This document shows positions 59,484 to 64,000 of a stretch of DNA of 64,000 nt, one piece after another (within the stretch, counting starts at the first letter, position 1; every line of letters starts with the position of its first letter). The notes under the pieces are model-generated. The model was not told the DNA's origin, ran no database searches, and was given only the letters and a program-made list of their open reading frames with translations. Made by a program: the position numbers and the translations under genes. Source of the DNA: Meridianimarinicoccus sp. (GTDB taxonomy: Bacteria > Pseudomonadota > Alphaproteobacteria > Rhodobacterales > Rhodobacteraceae); the NCBI GenBank assembly GCA_044221805.1, contig JBGAOK010000001.1, positions 19,030 to 83,029 on the forward strand, read 5' to 3'.

Positions 59484-61226
59484 ATGGCGGCGAGACCGAC
59501 TGATTTCACGGCGCTGGCGGCGGACGGGGCCTATGACGTGATCGTCCTGGGGACGGGCGCGGCCGGCTTTTCCGCCGCCGTCACGGCAGCGCTTCTGAAG
59601 CAGAAGGTGCTGCTGGTCGAACGCACCGACTATGTCGGGGGCACCTCGGCCCTTTCGGCCGCCACGACCTGGATCCCGAACACGCGCCACTTGGCCGAGG
59701 TGGACGCCGAGGACAGCCCCGAAAAGGTGATGGGCTTCCTTGACCGGGCGGTGGGGAACTGTGCGCCCCGGGCAATGCGCGCGGCCTTTATCGAGCGCGG
59801 CCCGGCCATGCTGCACCGGCTGGAAGACGCAACCGAGATGACCTTTGCCGCGCGCCCGGCGCATCCGGACTACCTGTACGAGCTGGACGGCGCCACGATC
59901 CGCGGCCGGGCGCTGGAACCGCTGCCCTTCGACGGCCGCCTGCTGGGCGGCGACCTGAAGCTGGTGCGTCCGCCGATCCCGGAATTCACCATCCTTGGCG
60001 GGATGATGATCGACCGGGACGACATTCCGCATCTGCTGAACATGACCCGGTCGGTGCGGTCCTTCCGCCATGCCGCAGGGCGGATCGGCGCCTATCTGGT
60101 GCAAAAGCTTCGCCATGGCCGCGGCACGCGGCTGGTCATGGGCAATGCGCTGATCGGGCGCTTCCTGCTGTCGGCTCGGACCCTGGGGGTCGAGCTGCTG
60201 ACCGAAACCGAGACCACGGCGATGGTGCCGCTGGGCGGGCCGCTCTGGCAGTTGACCCTGAAGCGCGGCGCCGAGACCCGGACCGTCACCGCACGGCGCG
60301 GTGTGATCCTGGCCAGCGGCGGCTTCGCCCGCCATCCGCGGCGCCGGGCCGAGATGCTGCCGCATCTCTTGCCCGAGGCGAGCCCGGCCGCGCCGGGGCA
60401 TACTGGTGCGCTGCATGACCTGGTGGCGCCTTACGGCGCCCATTACGCGGACGGCGCGGCGCAGCCGTGCTACTGGGCGCCGGTGTCGATCCGGAAGCGG
60501 AAGGATGGCAGCACGGCGGCCTTCCCGCATTTCGTGCTGGACCGCAGCAAGCCCGGCACGATCTGCGTCGGCCGGGACGGCAGGCGCTTCGTCAACGAAA
60601 GCCGGTCCTACCATGAATTCGTCGCCGCCATGTATGCGGCCAACCGGGACGGATCGCACATCCCGACCTTCCTGATCGCCGACGCGCCGGCGATCGCGAC
60701 ATACGGGCTGGGCATGGTGCGGCCGGGCGGCGCGAAGCTGGCGCCCTTCCTTGGCGACGGCTATCTCGTGGCGGCGCCGACGCTGGCCGCGCTGGCCGGC
60801 AAGCTGGGCATCGACGCGGCCGCGCTTCAGGCGACGGTGGCGCGGTTCAACGACTTCGCGGCGACGGGTGTGGACGCGGATTTCGGCCGCGGCAGCACAG
60901 TCTATGAACGCCACAACGGCGATGCGGGTCATGGCCCCAATCCGACGCTGGGCGCCGTGGCCACCGGCCCGTTCTACGCAGTCCGGCTGCTGCCGGGCGA
61001 CATCGGCGCCGCGACCGGCCTTGTGACCGACGACCATGCCCGGCTGCTGCGCGGCGACGGCAGCGCGATCGAGGGACTCTATGCCGCCGGGGCCGACATG
61101 AACTCGATCATGGGCGGGGTCTATCCGGGGCCCGGCATCACCATCGGCCCGGGCATCGTGTTCGGTGCCATCGCCGCCGAGACCGCGGCATCGACCAGGT
61201 CCGCGCTGCGGGAGGCCGCGGCTTGA
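59484..61226 (+). CDS. Second FAD-dependent oxidoreductase, 3-ketosteroid dehydrogenase/FAD_binding_2 family
   Basis: LGTGAAG, GGTSALS, HPDY, ASGGF, RFVNE, YPGPGITIGP. Confidence 0.85.
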   Translation: MAARPTDFTALAADGAYDVIVLGTGAAGFSAAVTAALLKQKVLLVERTDYVGGTSALSAATTWIPNTRHLAEVDAEDSPEKVMGFLDRAVGNCAPRAMRAAFIERGPAMLHRLEDATEMTFAARPAHPDYLYELDGATIRGRALEPLPFDGRLLGGDLKLVRPPIPEFTILGGMMIDRDDIPHLLNMTRSVRSFRHAAGRIGAYLVQKLRHGRGTRLVMGNALIGRFLLSARTLGVELLTETETTAMVPLGGPLWQLTLKRGAETRTVTARRGVILASGGFARHPRRRAEMLPHLLPEASPAAPGHTGALHDLVAPYGAHYADGAAQPCYWAPVSIRKRKDGSTAAFPHFVLDRSKPGTICVGRDGRRFVNESRSYHEFVAAMYAANRDGSHIPTFLIADAPAIATYGLGMVRPGGAKLAPFLGDGYLVAAPTLAALAGKLGIDAAALQATVARFNDFAATGVDADFGRGSTVYERHNGDAGHGPNPTLGAVATGPFYAVRLLPGDIGAATGLVTDDHARLLRGDGSAIEGLYAAGADMNSIMGGVYPGPGITIGPGIVFGAIAAETAASTRSALREAAA

Positions 61227-62179
61227 GCCGGGTCCTGGTCACCGGCGGCACTGGTTTCATCGGCAGCTGGACCGCCGCCGCGCTGGTCGCGGCGGGGGCC
61301 GCGGTGCGGATCCTCGACCGCGCGCCACGGCCAGAGATGCTGGACTTCGTGGCCCCGGGCCTGGCCGGGCGGATCGAGATCGTTGCGGGCGACCTGACCC
61401 GGGCGGACGTGGCGGAGCGGGCCACCGCGGGCTGCGATGCGGTCGTGCATCTGGTCGGTCTGATGACACTGGACTGTGCCGCCGATCCGCTGCGCGCGAT
61501 CGAGGTGAACCTCGCCGCCAGCCAGCGGCTGATGCAGGCAGTCATCGGCGCCGGGGTCCGGCATTTCGCCTATGCCAGCACCGGCGGCGTCTACGGCCCC
61601 GGCGACAGCCGCCATCCCCGGCCGATGACCGTGTATGGCACGCTGAAGCTGGCGCTGGAGGGACTGGCCCGGGTCGCCCATGCCGATCACGGCCTCTGCT
61701 CGACCGGGCTGCGCCCCGCCATCGTCTACGGCCCGGGCGAGAGTTCGGGGATCGCCGCGGGGCCGAGCATCGCGCTGCGGGCCGCAGCCGAAGGCCGGCC
61801 GGCGACGATCCGGTTTTCGGGGAATGTGGGATTCGTCCATGTCTCGGACGTGGCGCGGGCCTTCGCCGCGGCGGTGACCGGGGCCGCATCCGGGGCGTCA
61901 TCCGGGGCTGCGGTCTTCGACATGGGCGGCGTCGGCGCCGCGGTAGCCGCGTTCGTGGCCGAGTTGCAGCGGCAGGTTCCGGGCGCCGAGATCAGCGTCG
62001 AAGGCCCGCCGCTGCGGCTGCCAGAATCCTTGCAGGGCGGCGATTCGGCCGATTGGATGGCGGCACTGCCGGTGACCGGGATGGCGGACGGGATCGCCGC
62101 GACGCTGGCGCATTGGCGGCTTCGCTCCGGCGCGGCAGCCACCGCCCCGGGCGCGGCACCTCTGGACGTTCCGGCATGA
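61223..62179 (+). CDS. NAD-dependent epimerase/dehydratase (extended SDR)
   Basis: TGGTGFIG, YGTLK, LRP..VYGPG; TTG start overlapping upstream stop. Confidence 0.85.
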   Translation: MSRVLVTGGTGFIGSWTAAALVAAGAAVRILDRAPRPEMLDFVAPGLAGRIEIVAGDLTRADVAERATAGCDAVVHLVGLMTLDCAADPLRAIEVNLAASQRLMQAVIGAGVRHFAYASTGGVYGPGDSRHPRPMTVYGTLKLALEGLARVAHADHGLCSTGLRPAIVYGPGESSGIAAGPSIALRAAAEGRPATIRFSGNVGFVHVSDVARAFAAAVTGAASGASSGAAVFDMGGVGAAVAAFVAELQRQVPGAEISVEGPPLRLPESLQGGDSADWMAALPVTGMADGIAATLAHWRLRSGAAATAPGAAPLDVPA

Positions 62180-62339
62180 CCCGCAAGAGAGCACCGGGTT
62201 GCCGGCCAGCGGAATTGTCCAAGTCAAGGGCATGGTCGTCCATTCAGTCGACCGCCGTTCCGGGCACAATCTTGCGACAACTGGAGGAGCGGCCCCGGCA
62301 TTCGCGAGACACGCGAAGCGGCGGCCGGGGAGGCATCAG

Positions 62340-63143
62340 ATGATCAATGTCGACGGCGCGACGCGCCTGTTCGTCATCGTGGGCGATCCGATCGCCCAGG
62401 TGAAATCGCCCGGGATGCTGAGTGCCATGTTCGCCTCGCGCGGGCAGAACGCGCTGCTGGTGCCGATCCATGTCGCATCCGCGGATCTGCTGCGGTTCAT
62501 CGACGGCATCCGGTGGGTGCAGAACATCGACGGCATCGTCGTGACGGTGCCGCACAAGCCGGCGGCGCTGGATCTCTGCGAGACGGTCAGCGACCGCGCC
62601 CGCTTCGCCCGTTCGGTCAATGTGATGCGGCGGCTCCCCTCGGGAGGGTTCGCCGGGGACAACACCGACGGGCTGGGTTACCTGGGCGGCATCGCCGCGC
62701 GGGGCTTCGATGTCGCCGGCAAGCGCGCCCTGCTGGTGGGCGTCGGCGGGGCAGGGGCGGCCATCGCCTATGAGATCGCCGCCCGGGGTGCCGCCCTTCT
62801 GGCCGTCCACGACGTCGATCTGGCACGGCGCGATGCGGTGATCGCCCGGCTGGACGCGGCCTTCCCCGGCCGGGTCACCGCCGGCAGCGCCGACCCCACC
62901 GGGTTCGATCTGGTGGCGAACGCGACGCCGATGGGGATGCGCCCCGACCATCCGCATCCGGTCGATTTGTCCCGGCTGACACCGGCGCAGTTCGTCGCCG
63001 ATGCCATCACACAGCCCGAAGTGACACCTCTGCTGGGCCATGCGCGGTCGATCGGCTGCGCCACCATGCCCGGGCTCGGGATGCTCGACGCCCAGGCCGA
63101 CATCATCGCCGGCTTCCTGACGGGACAGGACGTGCCGGCCTGA
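62340..63143 (+). CDS. Shikimate/quinate dehydrogenase-like protein
   Basis: GDPIAQVKSP, VTVPHK, SVN, NTDG, GVGGAG, NATPMG. Confidence 0.85.
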   Translation: MINVDGATRLFVIVGDPIAQVKSPGMLSAMFASRGQNALLVPIHVASADLLRFIDGIRWVQNIDGIVVTVPHKPAALDLCETVSDRARFARSVNVMRRLPSGGFAGDNTDGLGYLGGIAARGFDVAGKRALLVGVGGAGAAIAYEIAARGAALLAVHDVDLARRDAVIARLDAAFPGRVTAGSADPTGFDLVANATPMGMRPDHPHPVDLSRLTPAQFVADAITQPEVTPLLGHARSIGCATMPGLGMLDAQADIIAGFLTGQDVPA

Positions 63144-63175
63144 AACAAACCATCATTTCCATGGGAGGAAAGCGG

Positions 63176-64000
63176 ATGACACGAAGAATTCTGGCCGGCA
63201 GCGTGGCGGCGCTGGCATTGAGCACCGCCGCGGGCTGGGCGGCCGACCCGGTGAAGATTGCCAACATTGCCGAGCTTTCGGGTGCCGGCGCCGCGGCAGG
63301 GTCGGTCTGGGCCGACGGGGTCCACCTTGCGGTGGACGAGATCAACGCTGCGGGCGGGATCCTCGGCCAGCCGATCGAACTGGTCGAGTACGACAGCCAG
63401 ACCGACCCGCAGAACAGCCGCGCACTGGTCCAGCGCGCCATCGACGACGACGCCTATGTGCTTCTGGGCACCGTCTATTCGTCTTCGACCATCGTGAACA
63501 TGCTGGTCGCGATGCAGAACGGCGTGCCGCAGCTGACTGGATCCGAGGCGCCGGCGATCACCGCGAAGGGCAACCCCTACATCTTCCGCACCGCCTTCGG
63601 CTCGCAGAAGGGGATGCCGAAGATCGGCCAGTACCTGAAGGACCAGCTTGGCGCCCAGAAGGTGGCGATCGCCTGGGCCAACACCGAATACGGCAAGGGC
63701 GGACACGACGCCTTCGTCGCGGTGATGTCCGATCTCGGGCTTGACGTCGTGGCCGACGTGCCCAGCGAACAGGGTCAGGCCGATTTCTCGGCCGATGTGC
63801 TGAAGGTCAAGGGCAGCGGCGCCCAGGCCCTGTTCGTGTTCATGACCGAAGAGGAAAGCGCGCGCTTCCTGATCGAGGCCGCGAAGCAGGGGCTCGACAT
63901 GCCGATCGTGGGCGACACCGTGCTGGCCAGTCAGAAGGTCATCGACCTGGCCGGGGCCGCGTCGAACGGGGTGCAGGGCCATGTCGGTCTAACCGCCGAC
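63176..64000 (+). CDS. Liv-type ABC substrate-binding protein (3' end outside window)
   Basis: Signal peptide MTRRILAG..AWA, ELSGAGA..G..LAVDEINAAGGILG; open to window end; absent from ORF track. Confidence 0.88.
   Translation, partial: MTRRILAGSVAALALSTAAGWAADPVKIANIAELSGAGAAAGSVWADGVHLAVDEINAAGGILGQPIELVEYDSQTDPQNSRALVQRAIDDDAYVLLGTVYSSSTIVNMLVAMQNGVPQLTGSEAPAITAKGNPYIFRTAFGSQKGMPKIGQYLKDQLGAQKVAIAWANTEYGKGGHDAFVAVMSDLGLDVVADVPSEQGQADFSADVLKVKGSGAQALFVFMTEEESARFLIEAAKQGLDMPIVGDTVLASQKVIDLAGAASNGVQGHVGLTAD

Noticed and set aside
1-64000. CRISPR arrays, tRNA/rRNA genes, prophage or conjugation genes
   Set aside because: No repeat-spacer array, RNA gene signature, phage structural gene or relaxase/T4SS gene seen by eye; small ncRNAs cannot be excluded without a covariance search

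Overview
High-GC alphaproteobacterial DNA (Rhodobacteraceae-like, inferred from gene content) containing the complete replication/partition module of a secondary replicon. The module has a Rep_3/RepB-type initiator divergent from parA-parB, helically phased iteron-like repeats, an AT-rich segment, a GANTC cluster and two candidate parS palindromes. Directly downstream of rep is a translationally coupled pair of uncharacterised STAND-like P-loop NTPases whose sigma70-like promoter is overlaid by a duplicated 18-bp palindrome; this is the best candidate for an undescribed system. The rest of the window holds tex, an MFS transporter, a cytochrome b, a valine/isobutyrate (mms) operon, a two-component system with a CoA-ligase-bracketed Liv-type ABC operon, and an AraC-linked beta-oxidation/racemase operon. 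It also holds an IS-bounded stress/glycan island (EcfG-type promoters, decayed phyR, glf, glycosyltransferases, PglK/MsbA-like exporter, galE) and an IclR-linked cluster with two KstD-like flavoproteins and a shikimate dehydrogenase-like enzyme. Miniature internally deleted IS derivatives (IS3, IS5/IS903, IS481, IS256) are present, one truncating a parD antitoxin. No rRNA, tRNA or CRISPR array was seen. All calls come from reading the sequence and recalling family motifs; no searches were run.
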